A DNA stretch of 63,911 bases, the filler included, from Pelomyxa schiedti (lineage: Eukaryota > Protista > Evosea): assembly GCA_020536535.1 (NCBI GenBank). It is 15 parts of 15 records of this genome, joined end to end, with 100 filler letters (N's around TTAATTAATTAA, not from the genome) between each part and the next. Parts side by side here need not be neighbours in the genome. Positions count along the whole stretch, not along the records: positions 16,962 to 38,977 come from JAHLWZ010000250.1; 14 more parts are not named here. The stretch is one strand, 5' to 3'. Below, piece by piece: positions 22,501 to 34,900 of this stretch (the stretch's first letter is position 1; each line of letters opens with the position of its first letter). The translations under genes and the position numbers were made by a program. Under the pieces are notes generated by a model. The model was not told the origin of the DNA. It made no database searches and saw nothing but the letters and a program-made list of their open reading frames with translations.

Positions 22501-23585
22501 ATAGAAGCCTTTTGTATATTGTTCCACTCAGCATTAACGGAAGAGAGACGTCCTTCCTCTTCAGAAATTTTTTCTTTCATTTTTCCAACTGAAGCCAAGG
22601 TCAGGAACTACAAGTGTTTTTGCATTCAAAGGACTGTACTTTGCACCTTGATTTTCATCCCGAAGGGCTTCAATTTGCAGAGAAAGTTTGGTTGTCTGAT
22701 GTTTGAGATGCCCTGTAGATTCTCGTGCACACATAATGCACAGTACATCATTGCAAGTAGAACAAAGCCAGGCCCTGTCCAACTCTGGATGATGTGGACA
22801 TTTGGACTTTCTTAGCTGCAACTCCTTGGGTAGATTGTATAGTAGTTTCTAACAAGGAAAGTGAGGAAATTCAGAATTTAGTCATATTAATTTACATGGA
22901 TACGATGGTCAAGGTGTGCTCGGTCATGTCTCGAGTTAAAGCAACTCTCACAAAACCGAAATCCTCTACAAAGATTATCATTGCAGATAAACAAAGGTGA
23001 TACAGGTGCAGGAGGCGCACCAGGCACAACACAATCTCCCCACTCACAACATTGCATTTCATACTAGATATCTTAGCACGGTTGAAACTTAAGATGGCTA
23101 CCTGTTCGTCATGCCATATATCAAGGCTTGCCCTCACCTGAGGGTCAGGTTGCAAGTTGATCGAATCTAAACAGTGATGAGTTTGTACGAGTGGAGAAAG
23201 GGGAAAAAAGCGCTTACCGTTGGGTAGCCAGTCCTCTATCAACGTTCGGTGAGGACAAACAGGGCATTTTACAGAAATCCCCTCATACAAATTTTTTTCG
23301 TAAGCTTTAGAACCCTTTGGTTGTTGTTAGGGGGCAACATTTTTTTTTCCCCAGCACAATATCAAAATGAGGTGCAAAGCACAGGGGAAAAACTGAAACC
23401 AACAACGAATGCATGAGTTATGTAAGTACTTTCACGAAGGTATGCGCCGCAAGGGTGCCAATGCATTTTCGACAAAAACTGTGCTGGCAATGCAAGGTCA
23501 CTGGGTCTTCCATCGTCTTCAGGCACACCCCGCATTCCAACGACTTCAAAACCCCAGGCCCCAACTTGGTCTTCACTTCCGACAT
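19534..23585 (-). CDS. TRIM-like RING-Bbox1-Bbox2-coiled coil-NHL repeat protein fused to a degenerate kinase domain
   Basis: RING ECGVCLKTMEDPVTLHCQHSFCRKC..KCPVC; B-box FCRGFRFCESCFNSRH..H; B-box KCPHHPE..CSTCNDVLCIMC..H..H; NHL repeats (PYQIAVDGKTIYVSDAGDHCI; FHYPTGIVV..IFVADMNNNCIRQI); spliced in frame to HCDIKSDNVLL..RDVG..RSPEV..DVWAVGCVLYEL. Confidence 0.8.
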
Positions 23586-23786
23586 CCGGGTTTTTTTTAT
23601 TTTCTTTTTTCATCAGTCTCTTTTTGTTTGAAGGCGCAGGGCCACCTTTTTTTTCCCCTGCTCGTTTAGGTTTGGTTAGGACAAGGCGGTGCGACATGCA
23701 GCACCTCCCGTGTCATTGGGTTTTTTTATATCCTCCCAGGAGGGTATTCATAGAGTAATGCTAGAGCCTGGTACCCCAGGGCCCAA

Positions 23787-25575
23787 CTAAGATGAAGACG
23801 AGTGGGAATGAGCAGCGGCTTCCTTCCCAACCGCGGCAGCAGCCAGGGCCGCGGGCTCCCTCGAGGCCTCGGACGGGACTCCCTCAGGGGTGGTAGTAGC
23901 ACCAGTCTCAGCAGCGGGAGGGGGGGTTGCGACCACGGACTCGTCGTTGCCCTCGAGGCCCAGGACCTGGCGGCAGTACAAGATGTAGTTGACGTACGAG
24001 TTGAAGGAGATGTAGCCCAGGGCCTCGTCGTCCAGGCGGTCCCAGGCCTTCTCGAGCGGCTGGTTGGTGTAGCCGTGGGCCAGCAGGAACTCGTGCAGCG
24101 CCGGGAACTCGTCGCGGTCCAGGGTCCCGCTGGCGTTGGCGTCGAAGCTCAGGAACCTCTCGAATGCCTTGTGGAGGAACTCCAACTTGGAGTCGTCTAG
24201 CTGCAACTTGGCGAATCGTGCCTCTTGGCGCCACCTGTTTTTTTGGTTGTTTGTTTTTTTGTTTGTTTGTTTTTTTGTTTTTTTGTTTGTTTGTTTTGTT
24301 TTGTTTTGTTTTGTTTTGTTTTGTTTTGTTTTGTTTTGTTTTGTTTTGTTTTGTTTTGTTTTGTTTTGTTTTGTTTTGTTTTGTTTTGTTTTGTTTTGTT
24401 TTGNNNNNNNNNNNNNNNNNNNNNNNNNNNNNNNNNNNNNNNNNNNNNNNNNNNNNNNNNNNNNNNNNNNNNNNNNNNNNNNNNNNNNNNNNNNNNNNNN
24501 NNNTTTTGTTTTGTTTTGTTTTGTTTTGTTTTGTTTTGTTTTGTTTTGTTTTGTTTTGTTTTGTTTTGTTTTGTTTTGTTTTGTTTTGTTTTGTTTTGTT
24601 TTGTTTTGTTTTGTTTGTTTGTTTTCGTTAGGGAACGGTCGATGACGTTTCGGAATTTTTGGGGAATGTTGAGGGACTATTATAGTAAGTAGAAGACGAG
24701 TGGCACCATTTCTCAAATTCTCGTTGTTCAATTGTTCCGGATCCATCAGTATCTAAAAGCCTCATTGCCATTGTAAGTTCCTCTTCATTGAGCCTCTGGC
24801 CCATCTCCATACACATTTTTTGTAAGTCGTTTATTGTGATGTGGCCTACATGTTTTGTTGGAGAAAATTCAAAAACTCTCTTGGACCAGTACCGTCACTA
24901 TCCTCATCATACTTGGCAAATACACGTTGGCAAAGTGTTGTGGTTTTCTGGTTCAAAATGGCATCAGTCATCTTTCCTGAGAGTACCCATTACAACGATG
25001 AATGAACACAACAAAGTAAAGAATTGGTACCATTGATGTTTGCCTTGAGTCCAATAAGACCTGATCCCCTCCCACTTGTAGCAGTAGCCGGAGTCGTAGT
25101 ACTAGTAGTATCTATCTCAAAAGTAAGAAGGAAACCAAGAAGCAAGTGTGAGGTTATGTGTATATTTCCATTCACATACTAACTATTACCTGCTGTTGGA
25201 TGTTCGGCAGTAGTGACTCTAGTATTGGCAGGAGGAGGTGGGGGTGAAGTAGAATGACTGGCAGCGGGTTTAGGAGGAGGAGCAGCACCAGTGGCCACTT
25301 TAAAGTGCGGATTGCAATACACCTGATTCTCATGCACGCCACACATCTCAGGCATCAATGTCTTCTTGCACTATTGTCCAAAAAAAAAAAAAAATACGAA
25401 ACCCTTTCATTAACTACTGGGGAACAAAGCAGGAATAACTGGGGAAGGGACTACTTACAGTGGCGCATTTGAAACAAGCTTTGTGGATACTGTGCTCCTT
25501 AACAGTAACTAGTTCACCAACGTACACAGGTTTGCTGCACACAATACACTTGGGGCTACCTCCTACCTTCTTCAT
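23787..25575 (-). CDS. LIM-domain plus four EF-hand protein
   Basis: LIM: CIVCSKPVY..HKACFKCATCKKTL..VYCNPHF; EF hands YDEDSDGHITINDL, LDTDGSGTIEQREF, FDANASGTLDRDEF, LDDEALGYISFNSY. Confidence 0.75.
24236..24625. repeat. (TTTTG)n microsatellite in an intron, spanning a 100-N gap
   Basis: Pure pentamer array on both sides of the gap at 24404-24503. Confidence 0.97.
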
Positions 25576-25806
25576 TGTTTGGTTTTGTATGTTTCTTTGT
25601 TTTTGTTGGTTTTTTTCGTTGTCTTTTTGGGAACTTTTTTCGAAAGGCTTTGGCTGTTACACTAATTTACCCCGATGACTTCCTTTGTGATTTCAGAGTG
25701 AATGCCTGCTGTGTACTCAAAACAACCTTCGTCAAACAGTTTTGGACATGTGTAATCCCTGGTGGTTTGTTTGGGATTTTTCTTGTTTTTTTGGGTTTTT
25801 TTTTTT

Positions 25807-27206
25807 TTAGTGGTAGACGAGAACGCCAGTACCACCAATGAGGTCGGTATAGGAATAGCTTGGGTACTCAACAGAGGCTGGCACGGTGCCGGATACAACA
25901 CCTGATGCAGTGATGATGACAGAGGCCGGCTCATCACCGGGATTCTGTGCGGGAATGTAAGAATTCATGAATTCAGGGAGAGTTGGGCGTTTTATGGGAC
26001 ATCTTAAAATGAGGAAAGGGAGAGGGAGAGCACACCCTGCGATCAAGCTGGTCTACAATAACGTTCCACTCAACCACGGCTTTGTCTCCGGGATAACTGA
26101 TGGGTATGGAAATGCTTGCATCCTGACCAGCAACGAGGGTCATGCCAGTGGGAGGCAATTGGATGGCTGCATTACTCTTGCTTGCAGCTAGTGACTGCCA
26201 GAATCCACTTATGCCACCATCTGGTGGGGAAATGTACTCAATGGATGCGCGGAAGGTTGTGTAGTTATCGTGCTCGAAAAATTCAATGTCTACACCCCAT
26301 GGAGACACAACAATACCGGGATACGGGCCATAAGAAGCGATGCTTCCAATGTGCCTATAAGATCTATTAATAGAAAATAGTGATTCCATTATTGCGTACT
26401 CGGTGTAATTCCACAACCAGCAAAGCTGCTCAGAAGAGTACTCCATAATGTGTGGAATACCTCCTCTGGTCCACGGATCGTGCAGGTACCACGTATCTCC
26501 CTCATATCCCACAATCACTCTGAAGTGACCACCATCTGTGGGGCTCTCTCCACCCATAAGAGCTGCAACAGGGAAACCCTGATCCAATGTAGCTGTGAGT
26601 TGATCCAACCAGCAATCGGATGCTGCAGTGCTGCCTAAATCCACTCTGTGCAGAAATGAGGCAGACCCAAGGGGGTAGTCTGGCCATCTGGAGGTTTCTT
26701 CATTAGGAGTTTTTTAAATTTCCCAAAAAAAAAAAAAAAAAAAAGCCTACCCGTGCTCTGGCAAATGATCAGGATACAGAGTGCCAACAGCAGAGCTCAG
26801 GACTGAGAAGCATCCGCCTCGAGCCAGGTCCCACGTTGTTGTGCCAACATCTGAACTGGTTCGGAGTACATCTTTACAGAATAAAATCAGTTGGAGAAAA
26901 CAGGTGAAGAAAAGAAGCTGAGAAATGGTACCGATAATTGCCATTTGGTCCAAGGAATAGCCAACGTGGCCCAGCAACATCTGCAAAGAAGCAGACCCAC
27001 ATGACGTTCTCATAACTTGCCTCTATTAAGAGGCTCCCATTACCCAACGTGCCTCTCAGACTTCCAAGCCAACAAACAAAGCACATAAAAAAGCGAAAAC
27101 CAAACAAGAGAAAAAGAAGCAAAAATACCTTGAAAGGAACACTTGGGACGGTGGCACCCAAGACCACAGTCCACACAAGAAATAGGTACGCAAGCACAGA
27201 CCTCAT
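25807..27206 (-). CDS. Secreted peptidase C39-like (papain-fold) protein
   Basis: Signal peptide MRSVLAYLFLVWTVVLGA; VPFKRQ..SCGSASLQM; LDQGFPV..GHFRVIVGYEGDTWYLHDPW (Cys-His-Asp triad). Confidence 0.8.
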
Positions 27207-27508
27207 GGTTTTGATTTAATTGAAGGATTGATCACCTGGGTGAAGTGGGCTGGTAAATTTCTAAAAAGGGACTGTAAGAAAACATTGTTGTGGGGTAGCT
27301 GTCGCACCGTGCAACTTGATGTAAAGAGAAAAATCTTCTTGTCATCGGCTTGTACAAAAAGACCCAACGACTCTTGGTGTGTCTTCTGTTCCCGTAATTC
27401 TATCTCATGCGGTTAACATAGGTAGTTAGGGGCATCGCGCGGGTCACGACATGTGCCGTTTGGATCGGCCATCACCCGTCCTTTTTAAAAGAAGCAACAA
27501 AACACCAA

Positions 27509-28493
27509 ATGGACGACCCGCCTTCGACGACAACAACACCACACTCTTCGATGAACAACAGTTCATTGAGCATCACGGACTACAGCGTCAACGGCAATAA
27601 CCCCAGTTCCGACACCAACGCCAACGCCAGCAACAACACCGAGGTGGCCAGCGACAATCCCATAACCCAATCCGTGGCGCCGCCAGCGGGGGGCCCCCTC
27701 GACGCTCCGCTCCCGCCTCCTCCTCAGCCGCAGCCCACGTTCTTAGCATCCGCCTCGTCTGTTCCCACCACCACCGCCACTGCATCGATTCAGCCCGTGC
27801 TGCTTGGGTCGTCCCTGCCACCTGGTGGGGGTGTTGGTGGTGGCGAGGATGGTGGAACCAACAGTGGCACCACGGGAACAGTGACAGGGACAGGGACAGC
27901 GACATCGACTGGCACAGCAGGGACTGGGAGGCAAAAGCCATTGCTGGGTCTGCCTTGGTCCCGCGTAAGAAAGATGATGAAGCAGGACGGCGAAATGACT
28001 GTACTCTACCTCTCACTCACTCACTTCACTCATATATGCCTATCTTGTTGAACCTCACCTCACCTCACCACACCACATAACATGGCACCACCCTTTATTT
28101 TTTTTTTTTCCCCCCCTAACAATTCTCTATCTCTTTCTTTTCATTGTATTTAATTGGTTTATTTTATTTATTATCCTTTTTTTGCAAGATATATGTATAT
28201 AAGTTCCAATCCCCCTTTTTTCTAGCAAATGGTCAGTGTTGATGCTGCTGTGTTGATGACACGTGTGACAGAGCTATTTATTCAGGACCTTACACTACGG
28301 TCCTTGAATCACATGGACTCCACTCACAAGAAAACTCTACAGGTTCGCTTTCTCGTTTCTACCTTGTTCCAACTCACCTTCCACTGCTTTTTACCTGTAG
28401 AAGAGTGACATTGTGCACGCTGTGTCATCTTCTGACAAGTTTGACTTCCTAATTGACCTTGTCCCAAAAATTAACACTCAGTCTCAGACATAA
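27509..28493 (+). CDS. H2A-type histone-fold protein, NF-YC/HAP5-like (or CHRAC/Pol-epsilon subunit)
   Basis: LPWSRVRKMMKQD..MVSVDAAVLMTRVTELFIQDL..KKTLQKSDIVHAVSSSDKFDFLIDLVP. Confidence 0.88.
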
Positions 28494-28904
28494 GGTACAT
28501 ACACAAAGTACTCATCTCTTTGTAACTTGTTTCAGGGTTATAGCCCAAAAAACAAAGTTGTCTCTGTTTCTTTGTAGTACTAGCACCCAGCAATTCTCAT
28601 TGACAGTGATACTACTCAACCCACTTTTGAACCAGTACCTGAGTTCAACTTACTTCCACCATGCTGCTATTATCACACTCATAGAAAGATTATCCCCAGG
28701 TTTGCATTCCTGTTCCTGAGTCTCGTCATCAGAAGAAGAAAAAATTTACAGTTGAAAAATTTTCCGCGAATTTTTTTAATTAACAAACGACCTCCTTGCT
28801 CGTGGTGCACTGCCGTAAAGCAAGGGACGAGATCTGCGTACTTATAGCAAGAAGGAAATCACAGCACCGTAGAGCTCCAACAAGGCACGAGAGGGCAACA
28901 GAAA

Positions 28905-31900
28905 ATGGCGACACGAGGAAGAGTATTTTTGTTGACGGTTGCCATGGTGTTGTTGTTATGCTGCGGCATTGTGGGAGGCAGTCCGACGCCGTCAATAAGC
29001 CAGGCGGCGATGTTGTTGCCATTTCCAAGCGAGCAGTTTGTCGTTTCCCACAATTTGTCTGCTACGGGTGGTTGCTTCAAATGGTTTGTTGTGCCAGCAT
29101 ACCCTCTTCTTTTTCTTTTGTTTACTTGTGCACAAGTAACTTACTTTTTTTTTTTCCCCCCCACAGGACAGTGTCAGATCCACGAGTGGTGAAAATTGAA
29201 CCTTTGGTGAAGACTGGTCAATGTGTCGACTCCATAGCTGTGATGCCTATTGCTCCTGTTGGACAAAAGCCTGCACGCTTGGCTGCATGGATTACTGCTG
29301 AGGATAGAAGTACACAAAGGAAACTACGTTTGATTTCTGTATTTATATGCAAAAAGATGGGCAGATTGACCCTCTGAGATGTGATGTATTCGTTGACTCT
29401 ATCAAGAAAATTAAAATTGGGGTAACTTCCCTGATTTCCAAATACTTCCTTTTTCTAATCCCTTTATTTTTTATCCTAGACAACTAGTCGTACAATGTTC
29501 CAAGATGATAAAGAGGAAGTTCAAGTTGTTGCTTTTGATTTTCACGGTAATTAAAATCTCATGGCAACTAATTGACTTCCTCCAGACAATATGTTTTCTA
29601 CTGTGGAAGGCATTCAATTTGACTGGCAGGTGAAATCCTTGAATCCTTCAGGCACAGTTGTAGTTCAAACTGTCGATTTTGAAATGGTGTCAGTTAATGC
29701 TCCGTCTGTGATTATGCACATGCAGAAAAAGGTTAGTTTTCAATTGTTAGTGGGTTTTTTGGAAACTGCAACAGGGTCTACAAAGTAATAGAATCCTTCT
29801 TGAAGGAATTGACACTGGCAAGGCGGAACTTACTGTCACACTTTCCAACCACCCTGAAGTTGAAAAAGTAGAGATTTTCTTCACTAAATAGATGTTACCC
29901 TCTTGTAGGATACAGTAATTTTGCAAGTTAAACAAAACCTTCAACTCGAGCCTCATGAGCCACAGTATGTGGCACCTGGGACAGATGTGCAGTATACCCT
30001 TTTCATAAAAGTGGATAAAAGTGGCCACCGGACAAGTAACAGTAGCAGTTCAAGAAGTTATTACTAACATTCATCAGAAATTGCCATGCCCAAACAACCA
30101 TATGTCTGGTCAGTTGAAACACCTGCTGTTGCCACCATTGACAATCTGGGTCTCGTAAGAACCAAGGCCCTGGGTGATACCAAAGTCGTTGTCAGAGATC
30201 GTACGACTGAGATCATTCTTTTTTTACAATAACTTGTAAAAAGCAATGAGTGATAGCCGAGCCGAAGGCGTGGTCCTAGTTGTTGAACCTCAATTCATTA
30301 CTATAAAGATAGCACCTGTCAGTCACCCCGATTTTCCAATGGGTTAGGCTTCCAGTATACTACTCGGAGTAATTTTTTTGTGCAGATAAGTGGTTTCTAG
30401 TAGCTGGTGATACATATATACTTGATGTTGAAGTTCAGGCTGCTGACCACATACCAATTAACATGGAGGTTTCATACTTCACAGAATACTTTTGTTTTAA
30501 AAATTGCAAAAGCAAATGACCTTTGATACAACTATCAATCTCGAATACTTCAACATTGTCTCCAAGAGACAAAACAATGGGCATTTTGAACTTACTGCCA
30601 AGATACCAGGGAGGTGCGATATAAGTTCCAAGCTGTTGAGAGTTGGGGTAATCTTTTATGTGCACCTTAAACCCCAGCTTACTTAATGTTAGCAACAACG
30701 CCCTTCCAAAGATCTTGCTACGCGCCGTGAGGCACTCATTACTTCCCGAGTTACCATATCCCCCACTGAAGTGTTTTTGCCATGGAACCCTCCCTCCGTG
30801 GGTTCGCGTCAAGAGTTCACATTTAAGGTTTCTTTCCCTCCCATCTTAATGGTTATTTAAATTTCTTAGGCTTCAGGAGGAAGCGGGGATTATAATTGGA
30901 ATTCAGTGGATCCAACAATTACATTCGTAGACCAAAAGGGTCTTGCTTCAGCAAATGCTGCTGGTTCAACTCTTATTGTAGTTAAAGATGCAAACAACAA
31001 TGAAAACACAGCTTCAGCAAAGGTTTATGCACCCCATAGGAGGAAAGTAACCCAACAATTCAACAGATCCATGTAGAGATGCCCGCCACACTTTACTTCT
31101 TGCCTGGACCTGTTGAAATTCAAGAAACTGGTACGATTACTTTGGAGGTAGCAGCAAAGCGCAAAGATGGCACACCTTTCCATAATTGCTCAGGAATTGC
31201 TTTATCATGGGGTTGGGAAGGTCATGACCAGCAAACTGATGAGCACTTTAATTTCTTACAATCAATCAAGACCGCACCATCTGGTACTTCGGTTAGTACA
31301 AACCAAAAAAACTGTTTTCCACTCACCACAAGAAGTCTTCTGAAGTCTGTGGCCGAAAGACAGTTTTGGCAGTAAAAGAAGGCGTGAGCACGGTTCTTTG
31401 TCAGTTCCCAGGCACTTCTGTCGTTGCTAAAACAAAGATCTTCGCCTACCAGCCTGTGCATGTGGTTCCTCCCCATTCACTTGTTACTCTTGGTTCAGCA
31501 GCTACCTATACTGTATCACACTAAAGCTATAAAATTAAAAGTTAATACTAATTTGTCTTAGATTGAAGGTGGTCCCTTTCCCTGGCACTTAGATAATTCT
31601 CTTCATTACTCTTCTATGGTCCCAACACACAATAATGTAAAAGCCTCGGCTCCTTTTATCCTCTTATATAAGCCAGGTAACAACAATGAGAAGTATAAGT
31701 GATAGCTCCCATCCGAAATTTACAGTCACATGTCAGGAGCTAGGTTCTCAAGTGAGAGTTTTATTTAGGTCTACTTTGTATTATTGAAATTTTTTAGGTT
31801 CTTAATGTAAATGTTGGAAACTATGGAAGTGATGTGCATAAGTTTCCTTACGCACTGACGGGAAGTGCTGTTTTTGAATGTGTTCTTCCACATAGATTGT

Positions 31901-34900
31901 TACTTAAATGGATAGATCAAGGTACAATGGCTTTTTGATAATTGTTATAAGCACTAATGTCGTTTGAACAGCTAAGCTACCCAATGGATGCAGCCCAGGT
32001 TACCTCTTTTCTTCTCCTTTTTCTCTAACTAAAAGAAGCTGTGGCCCCGATGGATGATCTTGACCAAATACAAAAAAGCCTTCCCTTACCCACTCGTTTG
32101 CAATTACGCCAAGGACGGGAGCTACCTGTTTCTTTAATGATTCAAGACGAACGTGGAAGGCTATTTGATAACTGCTCCTCTCTGGCTATTGACTGGACCG
32201 TAACGGATAATGTATGTCATTTCAGTTTTGGAATTTCACTTTCAATACCATCTTAACCTCACAAGAAATTGGCGCAATGGGTGGGTACCCAAAAATTGTC
32301 CAGGACCCTTAAGGCATTATCAAACTGGGATGGTATTTTTTTACCACAAAGGAATTTTTTCTCAAAGGAAGGAAATAGGCACGACTGTTGTACGTGCTTC
32401 TGTTTCTGGGTTGGAAAAGGATTCAACTCCTGCAAAATACAAGTCTGGGTGGGTTTTTTCCCCGTACAATAATTAGTCTTATCTTGCCTAGTGTTCCATT
32501 TCTTACAAATCCTCTTCTTTCACGAGAACTCACGCTCACTGTGTCTGCAAATGTTGCACTTGCGCCTGATAAAGTTCATAATCCCACAGACATAAAATAT
32601 TTTCTCTGCTGACATTACGTCACAGTTAAGGATGTTCAACAGTCCTTCTGTTACCCGAACAATTGAGACAAGAGGGGGATCTGGCACATTCACATTCCAA
32701 GCAGAAGACACTGCGATTATTTCAATAGCACCTAAATTTGGAGGCTCTACTGTTGAAGTATGCTCAACTTTCTTTCCTTGCGACTAAAGGGTATTCAAGA
32801 TAGCTCCACTCCGAGCAGGAACTACAAAGGTTTCCTGCATTCCTTACTGCATTGTGTATTCTGACATTTTCCCAGATTATTGCAAACGACTTATGTTTAA
32901 GCAGTTCAGTTCCAGTGCAAGCCGAAGTCACTGTTACGGATGTGGAGAGCATTACCTCCGCTGCCCCCAGTCTTGTTCCTGTGGAAGGAACGATATTCCT
33001 TGATTTAAATGTCTTGGATACCTGGAGGGAACCTATCGAACTTGAATAGTACCCCTCCTACTTAAAATTTCTTCTCACACCATAACAGCTACAAATTGCT
33101 TCCAATTAAAGTAGAAGTGGAGAGTCCCAAAATATTGAGGGTTGGGGAATATGCAAATCCTCGGCGAGTGGCATTACACGGACTTAGTGCTGGGAGTAGT
33201 CAAGTCATTGTATCGCTCACTCGGCGAGATGGCCGCACTATTTCCAGCTTGCCATTGAATGTATGATCCCTTGTACCATTTCTTGACATTAAGGCGTGCA
33301 GATTTATGTGTTTGCACCTTTCACTGTAGTACCAGAAAAAGTAGTACTTCTACCAGGTTCAGTCTATAGACTGGGGTGGTCTGGTGGCCCCCCAGCACCT
33401 AGGGTATTTGGAAAGACTTTTTAGTCATTTTTCATCTCGTATAGATCAACTTGAATGCAGCCAATGGGGCTATTGGGCAGGTAACACAATCAGGAGTAGT
33501 TACTGCTCTCAGCCCAGGGGAAACAACCATAACCGTCACAGCACTCAAGGATGAAAAGGAATATGGGCGGTCAATTGTTCGACTTATTGTGCTTGAGCCT
33601 ACTGGTTTGAGTCGAACTCATCTTTAGGCATTTTAAATTGGGCCTTTCAGAAATGCAGTTCCGGTTCCGCTATCCTACGAATGTTCTACAACCAGGAGCA
33701 GACGTAATGGTTTGGCTTGAGCCTATGCCTGATCATTATGTGTCATTGGGGGCCACTTTTGGACCTTTCAAGTGGGAGTCATCTGATCCCTCTGTTGCAT
33801 CCATTGTCAGCATATATGATAAAGGTAGTGTTTTACTTCTTCTTGTGTAATCAGCAAACAAATACCAAGTACCTGCCAACACTGGTGTACAACAATTACC
33901 TTTTAGTGTGCGCGTTCAAGCCAATTCCCCCGGGAATGCAGTTATCAAAGTCACCACCGACAAAGCGGCTTCATTTTCTATGAGGCAACAGGAACTTCAC
34001 GTACCCTGAAAGGAAAAAAAAATCTCCCAGATAACGTTTTCCTAGGTGACTGTTGTTGAGCCTCTCACAATTCAACATTGCACTTCCTCGATTTCAATGG
34101 CTCAGCACAGTACATACCAAGTCCGGACCAATAAGGAGGTACAAATTCCTTCCTTTCCACTATTCTGAACACCTCGGCACAGTCCTCCAATATTATGTAC
34201 AGTGCTGTTCAGCCGGCCCCGTTTTCAGTCAGCACATCTGGATTTGTTAGAGCGAGTTCCAGTGTAGGTGTTGGAAGTTTGGTTGTGCGGGACTCAGATG
34301 GCAATGCTGTTTCCCTTGCTGTAGTTGTAAAAGATCCAAAAGGCTTTACTGTTACAGCTTCAACACCTTCTCCAGCGCGCCAAGTATTACTCCCACTAAG
34401 GTATTATAAGCTGACCTGCAACAGGTTCCAATTGGAGGAACTACTGAATTCACTATCATACCTCATGATAACTTCGGTTTACCTTTTGACTCGAATGGAA
34501 ACTATAAATTCGAGGTCTACAGTAATTTGGACAACGTAGTGTCTGTTCCAAAAGTGTGCTCCAGCTGCCCTTTAAGGGGGCGGACTCCGTGTCGCCCCTT
34601 CGTACCCCACTTTTGCTAAATTCGTAAAAGATGGTTGAAGGCACCACCCTTGCTATTACTGGGATTGCCCCTGGAGTAGCTGTTATTCGTTTGAAATTTT
34701 TGGAGAGTACTCCAGCCATTGAAACCTATTTCGAGGTAACAAAATAAGAGTTCCTAATTTTTTGACACGGTGGCTAGGTAAAAGTCCAAGGGCACAAAGA
34801 TGAATTAGCGATTGTCGTGCATATGGGGGGGAAGGTCAACTTTGCTACAGGTGAGTTTAAGGTAGTGGTTGACCTTATTTTGTCATTCAGGACCTAATGC

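Noticed and set aside
24136-24746. ORFs with FVLFC / KQNKT repeats
   Set aside because: Translations of an intronic (TTTTG)n microsatellite and the N gap.
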